Source: an uncultured Dialister sp. (lineage in GTDB: Bacteria; Bacillota; Negativicutes; Veillonellales; Dialisteraceae). Taken from it: a stretch of DNA of 64,000 nt. Position 1 is the first letter of the stretch. The number at the start of each line of letters is the position of its first letter. Shown in pieces: positions 1-10,016 of the stretch. A model generated the notes under the pieces. It did not search any database. It was not told where the DNA came from and saw nothing but the letters and a program-made list of their open reading frames with translations. A program made the translations under genes and the position numbers. The stretch lies in contig URIB01000003.1 of assembly GCA_900547785.1 (NCBI GenBank), forward strand, positions 33,780 through 97,779, given 5' to 3'.

Positions 1-983
1 TCATCCATCCGGTCTACCAGAGGACGTATTAATGATTCAACAACTATACGGCGTGCTTCTTCCAGAGAAAATCCGCGGGTCATTAAAAAATAAATAACCT
101 GGTTATCCAACTGTCCCGAGCTGGATGCATGGTTGCCGATTACGTTATCTTCCGTACATAAAAGCAGGGGCAACGAAACATTTCTGGTTGTAGGACTGAG
201 TTGTATCGCATAGTCGCCCTCATCACCGACAGAACCGCTGCATCCGCGCTTGAAATCCAGTGTACCGCGGAACGTCTTCGATGACCGTTCCGAAAGTGAG
301 CCTTTCACATCAATCTGTGCTTTCGTTTCCTTTCCTACGTGATCGATGTGATAAAACAGATCGAGATGCTGCGTACCGCCGGCAGCATAGACAGTTCCCT
401 CATTGATTTCCGACTTGTCGCCCGAAAGTTTTCCGTAACTGTGCAAAATTGATTTTTCTCCGACCATTTTTGCTGCCACAAATTGAGCCTTTGCTTCTTT
501 CCCTGCCAAAATATTTCTTTCTTCATAGAAAGAAGTTTTTTCAAAGCCTTTCTCCAAAGAAGACACAGTGAGACACGAATTTTCTTCCAACTCATAGAAA
601 GAAGAAACCACTACCGTCGCCTCTTCTTTGCCGCCACAGCTATTCCACACCAAGTGAAGGCGGGAATTCTTATGAAGTTTAAAGATAAAACGTCCTGCAA
701 AGTCCGGCACGTCTGTGTCGGTATTTATAGAAATAACAAGATTCGCTTCCGTTTCTCCGGGGATTTCTATAGTGTAGGTTTTTCCCTGCCCCGAAGCTGA
801 AGTAACCTCCGGTGCCGTTTCGTTATAATCAGACGGCCATATACCGCCTGCACGGACATAGGCTGTATCTGAAAATACAACTTCTGCCAAACGGGATGGC
901 GCTTTAAATAACAACGGGCTGTCATTGCTTTTTAAATATCTGTATGTAATCAGCGGCAGCCGGTTTGCCTGAATTGTTTCCAT
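1..983 (-). CDS. sufD: SufD-family Fe-S cluster assembly protein, 3' end truncated by window edge
   Basis: Not in the ORF track. I translated it by hand from ATG 983 (SD GGAGG): METIQANRLPLITY...FRGTLDFKRG...SLPLLLCTEDNVIGNHASSSGQLDNQVIYFLMTRGFSLEEARRIVVES. This is the SufB/D C-terminal signature, and the gene follows sufB directly. Confidence 0.9.
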   Translation of the reverse strand, partial: METIQANRLPLITYRYLKSNDSPLLFKAPSRLAEVVFSDTAYVRAGGIWPSDYNETAPEVTSASGQGKTYTIEIPGETEANLVISINTDTDVPDFAGRFIFKLHKNSRLHLVWNSCGGKEEATVVVSSFYELEENSCLTVSSLEKGFEKTSFYEERNILAGKEAKAQFVAAKMVGEKSILHSYGKLSGDKSEINEGTVYAAGGTQHLDLFYHIDHVGKETKAQIDVKGSLSERSSKTFRGTLDFKRGCSGSVGDEGDYAIQLSPTTRNVSLPLLLCTEDNVIGNHASSSGQLDNQVIYFLMTRGFSLEEARRIVVESLIRPLVDRMD

Positions 984-993
984 AACTGCCTCC

Positions 994-2406
994 TTAACCT
1001 ATAGCACCCTCAAATTCCAAATCAATGAGCCTGTTCATTTCCACCGCATATTCCAGCGGGAGTGCCTTGGAAATCGGTTCCGCAAATCCGCGGACCAGCA
1101 TGGCCTTTGCATCTTCCTCCGACAGGCCACGGCTCATTAAATAGTAAATATCCTCTTCAGAAATACGACCGATTTTTGCCTCATGCCCTAAATCGATATC
1201 GTCATTTTCAATAATAATGGCCGGTACTGTATCTGAACGCGATTCATTATCGAGCATCAAAGATTCACAGCTGATTGTCCCTTTTGTCCCCGCCGCCTTC
1301 GGTCCGATATAGACGACGCCGCGGTACAAAGCGGTACCTCCGCCCTTGGAGATTGATTTCGAATTGATTGTAATATGTGTATTCCGACCCAGTGCTTCTA
1401 CCTTGGAACCGGTATCAAGAAATTGATTTTTACCGGCAAAAGTAATTCCTGTAAATTCACAGGTCGAATGATCTCCTTTGAGAACAGTGTCAGGATACAG
1501 GCAGGATGTGTGGGAGCCGAAAGATCCGCTTACCCATACCATTTCTCCATTATCCTCTACAATCGCTTTTTTCGTATTCAGGTTATACATATTTTTCGAC
1601 CAGTTTTCAATGGTCGAGTACCGGAGCTTTGCTCCTTTCTTTACGAAAAGCTCTACCGCTCCTGCATGAAGATTGGCTACATTGTAACGGGGTGCCGAGC
1701 AGCCTTCTATAAAATGACAGGACGCTCCTTCTTCTACAATAATCAACGTGTGTTCAAATTGTCCTGCCCCGGGTGCATTCAGACGGAAATAGCTCTGGAG
1801 CGGCATTTTTACATCTACGCCTTTGGGCACATAGACGAATGAACCGCCGGACCATACAGCGTAGTGCAATGCTGCAAATTTATGATATCGCGGTGTAATC
1901 AGTTTTCCGAAATAGGGACGTATCAGCTCCTCATATTCCTTTACTGCTGTTTCAAAATCTACATAAATGACCCCTTGGTTCTCCAATTCCTGCTGGACAT
2001 TATGATAAACCACTTCGGAATCGTACTGGGCACCTACGCCTGCCAACGACTTCTTTTCCGCTTCAGGAATTCCCAGCCTGTCGAAAGTATCCCGTATATT
2101 CTGCGGCAAATCCTCCCAACGGGCCTTCATCTCGGTTTTAGGACGGATATAGGTATCTATATGATCCATATCCAGCTCGGAAATATCGGGAGCCCACGGC
2201 GGTACATCAAGTCCGTTAAAAATTTCAAGAGCTTCGAGCCGTTTCCGGAGCATCCATTCCGGCTCTTCTTTTTCTCTTGAAATATCCCGTATCGTATCCT
2301 CTGTCAACCCTGTTTTGGCTTTATAAGCAAATTCAACCTTATCTTTGATGTCATAAACGCTGCGGCTGATGTCATCAATCCGGCTTTTTTTTCTTTCTTC
2401 TGCCAT
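994..2406 (-). CDS. sufB: Fe-S cluster assembly protein SufB
   Basis: Motifs GVGAQYDSEVVY, GQFEHTLII, IEGCSAP and HEAKIGRISEEDIYYLMSRGL. Confidence 0.97.
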   Translation of the reverse strand: MAEERKKSRIDDISRSVYDIKDKVEFAYKAKTGLTEDTIRDISREKEEPEWMLRKRLEALEIFNGLDVPPWAPDISELDMDHIDTYIRPKTEMKARWEDLPQNIRDTFDRLGIPEAEKKSLAGVGAQYDSEVVYHNVQQELENQGVIYVDFETAVKEYEELIRPYFGKLITPRYHKFAALHYAVWSGGSFVYVPKGVDVKMPLQSYFRLNAPGAGQFEHTLIIVEEGASCHFIEGCSAPRYNVANLHAGAVELFVKKGAKLRYSTIENWSKNMYNLNTKKAIVEDNGEMVWVSGSFGSHTSCLYPDTVLKGDHSTCEFTGITFAGKNQFLDTGSKVEALGRNTHITINSKSISKGGGTALYRGVVYIGPKAAGTKGTISCESLMLDNESRSDTVPAIIIENDDIDLGHEAKIGRISEEDIYYLMSRGLSEEDAKAMLVRGFAEPISKALPLEYAVEMNRLIDLEFEGAIG

Positions 2407-2409
2407 CGG

Positions 2410-3153
2410 TCACACCTCTTTACGATACGCATCAAACCCGTTCATTTCAATTTCCTCCACCAGTTCGGGACCGCCCTCCCTGACAATCCGTCCGTCAATC
2501 AGAACATGGACAAATTCGGGTCGGATAAACTTCAGAATTTGGTTCAAATGGGTAATTAAAATCAGGGCATTGTTTTCGTTGTGATAATCAGAAATGTTTT
2601 TAGATACCACTCTGACCGCATCTACATCAAGACCGGAATCCGTTTCATCAAGCATTGCCAATTTGGGTTCCAAAATCCGGAGCTGCAATATTTCACTTTT
2701 TTTCCGTTCACCGCCGGAAAATCCGTCATTTAAGTAACGGTTTCCGTAAGCAGGATCCATCTGCAGGTCCTGAAGCCGTGACTTCATTAACCGTTTAAAA
2801 GGAAACAGTTTCTGTTGCTTTCCCGAAATGGTTGTTTTTGCCGTGCGGATGAAATTCTCCATCGTAATCCCCGCTACGGAAACAGGATTTTGGAATGACA
2901 AAAACAAACCGAGTTTTGCTCTTTTATCAACAGACAATTCGGTAATATCCTGTCCTTCAAAGAAAATACGGCCTTCTGTGATTTCATAAGCGGGATTTCC
3001 CATTATGGCATGGAGCAGTGTCGATTTCCCCGCTCCGTTTACGCCCATAATGACATGGACTTCCCCTTTATTCACAGAGAAATTAATTCCATGGAGAAGT
3101 TCTTTTCCCCCTACCGATACGTGAAGATTTTCCACGCGAAGTAATTCATCCAT
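2410..3153 (-). CDS. sufC: Fe-S cluster assembly ATPase SufC
   Basis: Walker A GVNGAGKST, FSGGERKK, LDETDSGLDVDA. Start moved to ATG 3153, which follows GAGGGTG. Confidence 0.96.
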   Translation of the reverse strand: MDELLRVENLHVSVGGKELLHGINFSVNKGEVHVIMGVNGAGKSTLLHAIMGNPAYEITEGRIFFEGQDITELSVDKRAKLGLFLSFQNPVSVAGITMENFIRTAKTTISGKQQKLFPFKRLMKSRLQDLQMDPAYGNRYLNDGFSGGERKKSEILQLRILEPKLAMLDETDSGLDVDAVRVVSKNISDYHNENNALILITHLNQILKFIRPEFVHVLIDGRIVREGGPELVEEIEMNGFDAYRKEV

Positions 3154-3301
3154 TGTATCACCCTCGATATACTGTAAATACATATGAAATTCTCCATATA
3201 TATGATTAAAAATCTTTATTCATTTTACAGTATTTTTCGATATATGTAAATAATTCAATATAGAATAAATTATGAAAAACCGCTTGTAAACAGTCCACCG
3301 G

Positions 3302-3343
3302 CAATAAAAATATCTCTCCAAAAATGAAGAGATATTTTTATTG
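3302..3343 (-). terminator. Intrinsic terminator after the DEAD-box helicase gene
   Basis: 16-bp inverted repeat CAATAAAAATATCTCT / AGAGATATTTTTATTG next to the stop codon. Confidence 0.75.
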
Positions 3344-3345
3344 AA

Positions 3346-4884
3346 TTACATATCCTTAAAATAAGGTTTAAAGCTGGACTCATGGATATTTCCCTTTTTG
3401 TCCCCGTTATACTTTTTCGCCTTACGCCCGACGAACCGGTCTTCTCTTTTTCTATCGTTCCTTTTTATGCCTTTATCGGCATTTTCAAAGCGTCTCCGCT
3501 TTTCTCCCCGGCGATTTTCTCCATCAAAACGACGATGTCCTCCGGCATTTCTTCTTTTTTTGAACCGTGGTCGTTCTTCAGTAATATTGACCGGCGTTAC
3601 ATCCGGATGCTTTGTCAAAAGCTTAATAGCTGCTGACACCAAAGATACTGAATCAATCCGGTTTAATAATTCTTCCGCACTCTCCCGGTATTCTTCAAGC
3701 CCGCCGTTTCCGGCCGCTTCTTCTATATTTTCAATGGCAACACGCTGATTTCCCTCAATAACATCACTTAATGTAGGAACACGTTTTCTTATAATTTTAC
3801 GGCGGATTGCTTTTTCTATATCATGAAGCTGTCCCATTTCACGGGAAATAACGAAAGTCATTGCCAGTCCGGTCTGTCCGGCTCTTCCTGTACGGCCTAC
3901 ACGATGCACATACGTTTCAGGGTCCTGAGGCATATCAAAATTATATACATGCGTGACTCCGCTGATATCAAGACCTCTGGCCGCTACATCCGTCGCCACC
4001 AAAATATCTATCGTTCCCTCTTTGAACTGTCTGACAACGGTATCCCTCTTTTGCTGGGAAAGATCACCGTGCAAACCTTCCGCCATATACCCCCGTTTTT
4101 TTAATGCCTCGGTCACTTCATCATTCCGGCGTTTTGTGCGAACAAATACAATCGCCAAATCAGGATTTTCCATATCCAGAAGACGGCAAAGGCAATCAAA
4201 CTTCTGCCGATCCGGGAGTTCAATGTATTCCTGTTCTACCAGATCAATAGTCACTGTTGCCGCTTTGATTTTAATTAATTCCGGTTCTTTCAAAAACGAT
4301 TCCGCCAATTCTCTGATAGGAGCAGGCATCGTTGCCGAGAAAAACATCGTCTGTCTTTCTTCCGGAATGGCGGATAAAATACTCCGTATGTCATCAATAA
4401 ATCCCATATCAACCATTTCATCACCTTCGTCAAGAACGAGAATTTGTACATGGGATAAGTCAATAGTTCCTCTCTTCATGTGATCCATGAGTCTTCCCGG
4501 TGTCGCCACAATAATATTCGGCTTTTTCCGAAGCGCCCGGAACTGTCTTTCAATATCCTGCCCGCCGTAAATAGGAAGTGCATGAATCGGTAAATATTGA
4601 GCCAGCCTGTTGATTTCTTCTGCCGACTGGATTGCCAGTTCCCGCGTCGGTGAAAGAACAATCGCTTGCGGTCCCGGCTGCAGGGAATCAATTCTTTCCA
4701 AAACCGGTACGCCAAAAGCTGCCGTTTTTCCTGTCCCCGTCTGTGCCTGACCGATTAGATCTTTTCCTTTCATGGCAACAGGTATGGAAGCCTTTTGGAT
4801 AGGTGTCGGCTCTTCAAATCCCATATCATTAATGGCCTTCATAATTTCCGGAACAAGACCCAATTCCATAAATGTATCGTACAT
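3346..4884 (-). CDS. DEAD-box RNA helicase (CshA/DeaD-like)
   Basis: Q motif GFEEPTPIQ, AQTGTGKT, PTRELA, DEGD (variant of DEAD), SAT, HRVGRTGR and a basic C-tail. Start ATG 4884 follows AGGAGG. Confidence 0.95.
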   Translation of the reverse strand: MYDTFMELGLVPEIMKAINDMGFEEPTPIQKASIPVAMKGKDLIGQAQTGTGKTAAFGVPVLERIDSLQPGPQAIVLSPTRELAIQSAEEINRLAQYLPIHALPIYGGQDIERQFRALRKKPNIIVATPGRLMDHMKRGTIDLSHVQILVLDEGDEMVDMGFIDDIRSILSAIPEERQTMFFSATMPAPIRELAESFLKEPELIKIKAATVTIDLVEQEYIELPDRQKFDCLCRLLDMENPDLAIVFVRTKRRNDEVTEALKKRGYMAEGLHGDLSQQKRDTVVRQFKEGTIDILVATDVAARGLDISGVTHVYNFDMPQDPETYVHRVGRTGRAGQTGLAMTFVISREMGQLHDIEKAIRRKIIRKRVPTLSDVIEGNQRVAIENIEEAAGNGGLEEYRESAEELLNRIDSVSLVSAAIKLLTKHPDVTPVNITEERPRFKKRRNAGGHRRFDGENRRGEKRRRFENADKGIKRNDRKREDRFVGRKAKKYNGDKKGNIHESSFKPYFKDM

Positions 4885-4970
4885 CTGTACCTCCTGTACG
4901 AAAAAAGGAAGCAACAAGCGCCTCCTTATCATAAACTTTTGTTTAATTAATTATTGCCTGTAACTTATTT

Positions 4971-4998
4971 ATTATACCATAGATTTATGGATAGGCAA
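4971..4998 (-). promoter_or_regulatory. Sigma-A-type promoter of the helicase gene
   Basis: TTGCCT-16 nt-TATAAT with extended -10 (TGgTATAAT). Confidence 0.65.
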
Positions 4999-5011
4999 GT
5001 TTTTTATTTGC

Positions 5012-5035
5012 AAAAAAGACCCCCGAAGGAGTCTT
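5012..5035 (-). terminator. Terminator of the rpsF-ssb-rpsR operon
   Basis: GACUCC-UUCG-GGGGUC hairpin followed by a U run. Confidence 0.8.
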
Positions 5036-5048
5036 CTTTCTTGTAAAA

Positions 5049-5282
5049 TCAGTCTGCACTAAACGGGAGTAATGCAATCGCTCTTGCTCTCTTAATGGCA
5101 AGATTGATTTTACGCTGATGTTTTGCACATATTCCCGTCACGCGGCGAGGAAGAATTTTGCCTCTTTCAGAAATGAAATGACGAAGTGTTGCAATATCTT
5201 TGTAATCTACCGTTTCGATATGATCAACACATCCCTGGCAAACCTTTCTTCTCGGTTTTCTCATTCTATCTCTCTTAATCAT
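5049..5282 (-). CDS. rpsR: 30S ribosomal protein S18 (zinc-binding C+ type)
   Basis: RRKVCQGC...DYKD...[21 protein letters not shown]...AIKRAR. Confidence 0.97.
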   Translation of the reverse strand: MIKRDRMRKPRRKVCQGCVDHIETVDYKDIATLRHFISERGKILPRRVTGICAKHQRKINLAIKRARAIALLPFSAD

Positions 5283-5303
5283 ATTTCCTCCACACTTGAG
5301 AAA

Positions 5304-5747
5304 TCAGAATGGGATATCCTCATCATTATGGGTATCTCCAAACTGACTAAAACTACTCTTTGGCTGGCTATAATTTTCACTGCCCGCAAACCCCTGATCC
5401 TGTGACGGCATCTGGCTGCGTCCTCCCGTTCCGAGGGGAATGGCAATCATATTAGCCACAACTTCGGTAACATATTTTCTTTGTCCATCCGGGGTATCAT
5501 ACGATCTGGTGGAATACCGGCCTTCTACAAAGACACGGCTTCCCTTCTTCAGTTGATTTCCCACCGATTCCGCCAAATTGCCCCAAGCAACAATATTAAT
5601 CCAATCCGTAAGTTCTCTTTGTTCTCCCTGCGGAGTGGTATAACTGCGGTTAACGGCAATAGAAAAAGATGCAACGGCACGTCCTGTCTTTGTGGCACGA
5701 ATCTGGGGATCTCTTGCCAAATTACCCATTACTTGCACTGAATTCAT
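5304..5747 (-). CDS. ssb: Single-stranded DNA-binding protein
   Basis: OB fold (MGNLARDP, KGSRVFVEGR), acidic C-tail DEDIPF, located between rpsF and rpsR. Confidence 0.97.
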   Translation of the reverse strand: MNSVQVMGNLARDPQIRATKTGRAVASFSIAVNRSYTTPQGEQRELTDWINIVAWGNLAESVGNQLKKGSRVFVEGRYSTRSYDTPDGQRKYVTEVVANMIAIPLGTGGRSQMPSQDQGFAGSENYSQPKSSFSQFGDTHNDEDIPF

Positions 5748-5764
5748 AGTAGTTACCTCTGTTT

Positions 5765-6049
5765 TTAGTCATCCTGCTTAACGATGATATGACGAATAAT
5801 TTCTTCATGAATCTTGATAATGCGGTCAAGTTCTGTAATCTGTGCCGGGTCAGCTTCAAAATCGACAACTACATAGTAGCCTTCATTTTGATGCTTGACT
5901 TCGTATGCCAGATGACGTCTGCCCCATTCGTCAACTTTGACAACCGTTCCTCCGATACGGGTAATCGTATCCTGAACCAGTTTCACTGCGGCCTGAATCA
6001 CTTCTTCATTCGCAATGTTCACGATGAACATAACTTCATATTTTTTCAC
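5765..6049 (-). CDS. rpsF: 30S ribosomal protein S6
   Basis: KYEVMFI...WGRRHLAYEVK...EGYY...IIRH. GTG start after AAGGAGG. Confidence 0.97.
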   Translation of the reverse strand: MKKYEVMFIVNIANEEVIQAAVKLVQDTITRIGGTVVKVDEWGRRHLAYEVKHQNEGYYVVVDFEADPAQITELDRIIKIHEEIIRHIIVKQDD

Positions 6050-6105
6050 GAAATCGCCTCCTTTTCGGACCTATGTCCCATGCTCTCCATGGGCCAGGAA
6101 GTTAC
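6050..6105 (-). promoter_or_regulatory. rpsF leader (probable S6:S18 autoregulatory RNA)
   Basis: Transcript CUUCCUGG-CCCAUG-gagag-CAUGGG-...GGUCCGAAAAGGAGG: an internal hairpin plus a pyrimidine tract that can pair with the SD, the layout known for Firmicutes rpsF leaders. Confidence 0.6.
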
Positions 6106-6307
6106 TTGCAAACAACAAGCTAATATATTATACAAGGATCATGGAAAAATTGCAAACATATCATTTTATTTCTTTTTCAACGGAGTTTTATTGATCGTTT
6201 ACCAATTCTCTTTTTTCATGATATACTATAGGTGTTAAAAATAGCATTTACAATATTAAAAATGTGTATACTTTATATTTGTTTTATTTACCAAAAGGAG
6301 TCTACCA

Positions 6308-7405
6308 ATGATTACAGAATGTGAAATATTTTTAACTGACCCGGAAGAAAAACAAAAGGTAATTGATTTTTTAAAAGATTTTGATTTGACCTTTACGGGG
6401 AATATTGATTATACTATGGGACTTTTTGATGACGGTAAACTGATTGGCACCGGATCCCTTGGCGGTCGGGTCATGAGAGATATCGCCATCAGTGAAGACT
6501 ATCAAAAAAAAGGTCTTACTCACCGCATTATCCGCAATCTCCAAGGCGAGTCCAACAGACGGGGCATTACAGGCAACCAGATTTTTACCAAGCCGAAAAA
6601 TGTTCCCGTATTTGCACACATGGGCTTTACTGAAGTGGCTGTAGCAGAGCCTTATGCAGGTCTGTTGGAACGCGGCGAAGATACTTTGGAAGACTACCTG
6701 ACACGCATGCGTTCTCTTTTAGGAACCGGCGAGGGAAAAAACCGCGGTGCTATTGTTATGAATTGCAATCCTTTTACACTGGGCCATCGTTCGCTTGTCG
6801 AATATGCGGTCAATCACTGTGACGAAGTCATTATTTTTGCCGTTCAGGAAGACCGCTCCATATTCCCGTTCTCTGACCGCTTTTCCTTGATTAAACAAGG
6901 TGTCGCCGACATGAAAGGAGTTTCCGTTGTGAGCGGCGGCAATTATATCATTTCCAACGCCACATTCCCTACTTATTTTATTAAAGGTACAGATGAACTG
7001 GCAGCACAAACAAAATTGGATGCCACCGTCTTCGCTACACGTATCGCCCCCGCATTAAACATCACCATACGTTTTGTCGGGGAAGAACCGACAGATAAGA
7101 CCACACTGGCGTATAACGAGTCCATGAGAGAAGTTTTTTCCAATAACGGCATTGAATTAAAAGTGATTCCCCGTGAGCAAAAAGGAAATCAGATCGTCAG
7201 CGCTTCCGCAGTCCGTAATGCTTTGTCCGAAGATGATTGGGAAACGATTTACCGTATGGTACCGAAAACCACTCTGGTCTACTTGAAGAGTGCGGACGGC
7301 GAAAAGATTATTCGCAAAATAAAGATGACAGAAGCCTTAAAAAAGATGGAAATGGAAAAAAAGCAGGATGAACCTGCTAAAACATCTTCTAAAAAGTCAA
7401 AATAA
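6308..7405 (+). CDS. citC: [citrate (pro-3S)-lyase] ligase
   Basis: N-terminal GNAT-like part (GKLIGTGS..., IFTKP), then GAIVMNCNPFTLGH, YIISNATFPTYF, RFVGEEP and VSASAVR. Confidence 0.9.
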   Translation: MITECEIFLTDPEEKQKVIDFLKDFDLTFTGNIDYTMGLFDDGKLIGTGSLGGRVMRDIAISEDYQKKGLTHRIIRNLQGESNRRGITGNQIFTKPKNVPVFAHMGFTEVAVAEPYAGLLERGEDTLEDYLTRMRSLLGTGEGKNRGAIVMNCNPFTLGHRSLVEYAVNHCDEVIIFAVQEDRSIFPFSDRFSLIKQGVADMKGVSVVSGGNYIISNATFPTYFIKGTDELAAQTKLDATVFATRIAPALNITIRFVGEEPTDKTTLAYNESMREVFSNNGIELKVIPREQKGNQIVSASAVRNALSEDDWETIYRMVPKTTLVYLKSADGEKIIRKIKMTEALKKMEMEKKQDEPAKTSSKKSK

Positions 7406-7408
7406 ATC

Positions 7409-7442
7409 AAAAAAATCCCTTTCTTTCAGATTGGGATTTTTT
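7409..7442 (+). terminator. Probable terminator after citC
   Basis: AAAAAATCCC...GGGATTTTTT inverted repeat. Confidence 0.6.
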
Positions 7443-7527
7443 ATAATCTCTCACCCGGAAATATAAACTGCCGGTCGGGCAAAAAATATTTTTCTGTTTC
7501 ATAATAAAGCATGACGGGAGCGGCGGT

Positions 7528-8082
7528 ATGCATATATTAATAGAATTATTCTTTGTATTTTTTAAGATAGGTGCCGTTACTTTCGGCGGCGGTTATGCGA
7601 TGCTCCCTATCTTACAAAAAGAAATCGTTGTGAATAAAAAATGGGGCACTGATGAAGAACTTATGGATTATTTTGCCATCGGACAATGTACCCCGGGTAT
7701 GATTGCCGTCAACGTAGCCACATTCATCGGATACAAACTCAGCGGCTATGCCGGCGGTATATCGGCTACATTAGGCGTAATTACTCCTTCTGTAATTATC
7801 ATCACTTTCATTGCCATGTTCCTTACCCGCTTTCAAGATACTCCTCTGATTACCCATGCATTCGCCGGTATTCGTGCCTGTGTATGCGTTTTAATTCTTG
7901 ATACGGTCATCAAACTGGGGAAAAAATCAATCATAGACAAAAGGACGTCTTTCATTTTTCTGGCGATTCTCTTTCTTTCTCTTTTCTCTCCCGTTTCCCC
8001 GGCATTTTCCGTTATTCTTGCCGGTATCGCCGGTTATTTCCTTATGCCTTCTTTAAAAGAGAAAGGCGGAATTAAAAAATGA
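7528..8082 (+). CDS. Short-chain chromate transporter (CHR family), subunit 1
   Basis: FFKIGAVTFGGGYAM and AIGQCTPG motifs; hydrophobic. Confidence 0.9.
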   Translation: MHILIELFFVFFKIGAVTFGGGYAMLPILQKEIVVNKKWGTDEELMDYFAIGQCTPGMIAVNVATFIGYKLSGYAGGISATLGVITPSVIIITFIAMFLTRFQDTPLITHAFAGIRACVCVLILDTVIKLGKKSIIDKRTSFIFLAILFLSLFSPVSPAFSVILAGIAGYFLMPSLKEKGGIKK

Positions 8083-8642
8083 TATGGCTTTCTATGTTTT
8101 GGGAATTTTTTAAAGCAGGTTTGTTTTCCGCCGGCGGCGGCCTTGCCACATTGCCGTTCCTTTATGAAATTTCACAATCGACCGGCTGGTTCACTACAGA
8201 AGATATTGCGAATATGATTGCCATATCCGAATCAACCCCCGGACCCTTAGGTGTAAATATGTCCACCTATGCAGGTTATCAGGCTTTAGGTATTTTAGGC
8301 GGCATCTGGGCGACTTTGTCATTAACTTCTCCCGCCCTTTTTATTATCACTGCCATTTCTAAAGTATTACAGACATTCAAAAACGCTCTCATTGTACAAA
8401 AAATTTTTTATGGGTTACGCCCCTGTTCTGCCGCTTTAATTACCGCCGCCGGTCTGGGTGTCGCTAAAATATCTCTGATGGATATACAATCCTTTGAACG
8501 CACACAAAACATAGGTCTTTTATTTCAATGGTCCTCTATTCTTCTGGCAATTTTTATATGGATTCTCCTAAAAAAACTGAATAAACATCCCATTTTTTAC
8601 ATTATCTTTGCTGCCGTTTCCGGTATTATTTTTGAGCTTTAA
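8079..8642 (+). CDS. Short-chain chromate transporter (CHR family), subunit 2
   Basis: FFKAGLFSAGGGLA and AISESTPGP motifs; ATGA overlap with the upstream paralog. Confidence 0.9.
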   Translation: MIWLSMFWEFFKAGLFSAGGGLATLPFLYEISQSTGWFTTEDIANMIAISESTPGPLGVNMSTYAGYQALGILGGIWATLSLTSPALFIITAISKVLQTFKNALIVQKIFYGLRPCSAALITAAGLGVAKISLMDIQSFERTQNIGLLFQWSSILLAIFIWILLKKLNKHPIFYIIFAAVSGIIFEL

Positions 8643-8649
8643 TCTCCAC

Positions 8650-8698
8650 AAAAAAGAGAATGCTTTTGTTCTCCGCTGACAAAAGCATTCTCTTTTTT
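8650..8698. terminator. Bidirectional terminator between the chr pair and the larA-like gene
   Basis: AAAAAAGAGAATGCTTTTGT...ACAAAAGCATTCTCTTTTTT between convergent genes. Confidence 0.85.
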
Positions 8699-8700
8699 AT

Positions 8701-9951
8701 TTATTCTTCCACAACCGGCAAGGTAGATCCTCCTATAGGTACCACATAGACGGTTGCTCTTTTTCCCATTTTTTCAAGTGCACAATCAACGGCTGCCTGG
8801 ATATCATGAAACGGAATCATATTGGCTTTAGCCACGAATTCATCATCCATATCCGTAACAAGATAAATATCCGCTTTTTCCTGCACCAGTCCCAATGCCG
8901 CCGCTTTATGCCCGCCCAATTCAAAATGCTTCCGTATCTCTTCAATTCTTTCTGTCGGCGAGTCATATTGATTAATCCACTTCGTAAATGGAATGCTTCC
9001 ATATCCCTCTTTACAGCCGGCAGCCACAATCATTATGCCGCCTTTTTTTACGATATGCTTTACATTATCTATTGATTTTTGTGCTTGGTATAAATTGATA
9101 TCTTTCGGATAACCTCCGGTAGATACGACAACGATATCCGCCGGTTCTTTCACTTTTTTCTTATAAATCTTATCTAAAAACTCACATGCTTTTCTATGTG
9201 CCGTCACCGGATGTCCCGCTGCGGCAAAGGCTATCTTTTTATGATCATCCAACGCCACATTCACAATAAAATCTACATGAATAAAATCTCCAACTTCTTC
9301 TATATCGTCACGAACGGGATTATTTTTCAAATTTCCTGCAAAAGCCCCCGGCTTGATCATATTTTTATGATTCGCCTGAATAGCCTCCTTGGATGAAACC
9401 CCGGGCATGATTGCTTTCATACCACCGCTATATCCGGCAAAATAATGATACTCTACATTTCCCACCAGAATCCGCCGATCCGCTTCTGCGACAGTACGGA
9501 AAATATCAACGGGCGTTCCGTTTTTACAGGTTCCCAGACGAACGCAATCGTCAGGATTGCTATCGATACAACGGATCTGATTATATATTTCTTCCCCTAC
9601 CAGATTTTTCTTTTCTTCTTCCGTTTGTTTTCTATGACTGCCTAAACCGAAAACAATCGTAACATCTTTATTTTTCACTCCTGCTTTTTTCAACTCTTCC
9701 AGCAGGCAGGGAATAATAATCCGTGACGGCACCGGCCGTGTCACATCACTTGTAATGATAACGATTTTTTCTCCCGGATGGACCCGATCATAAAGCCGGG
9801 AGGTATCAACAGGTTCTGCCAGAGCACGCTTTACTTCTTCTTTCTCTGACTCTACAGACGGACATGCATTGGGAAGAATTTTCCCCAGTACATTCTCATC
9901 AGGCACATGAAAACTCACTGTATCTTTATCATATTTAACGGTAAATTCCAT
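8701..9951 (-). CDS. larA: Nickel-pincer-dependent lactate racemase family protein (LarA homolog)
   Basis: SDVTRP, GLGSHR, HYFAGYSGGMK, ANH and DINLYQAQK carry the conserved LarA His/Lys positions. Start ATG 9951 follows AAGGAG. The substrate cannot be told from sequence. Confidence 0.88.
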   Translation of the reverse strand: MEFTVKYDKDTVSFHVPDENVLGKILPNACPSVESEKEEVKRALAEPVDTSRLYDRVHPGEKIVIITSDVTRPVPSRIIIPCLLEELKKAGVKNKDVTIVFGLGSHRKQTEEEKKNLVGEEIYNQIRCIDSNPDDCVRLGTCKNGTPVDIFRTVAEADRRILVGNVEYHYFAGYSGGMKAIMPGVSSKEAIQANHKNMIKPGAFAGNLKNNPVRDDIEEVGDFIHVDFIVNVALDDHKKIAFAAAGHPVTAHRKACEFLDKIYKKKVKEPADIVVVSTGGYPKDINLYQAQKSIDNVKHIVKKGGIMIVAAGCKEGYGSIPFTKWINQYDSPTERIEEIRKHFELGGHKAAALGLVQEKADIYLVTDMDDEFVAKANMIPFHDIQAAVDCALEKMGKRATVYVVPIGGSTLPVVEE

Positions 9952-10016
9952 AAAGAACTCCTTTTTATCATTCATTAGCTTCCATAAAAGATATTCACTT
10001 TTTCCGGAAAATTTCT

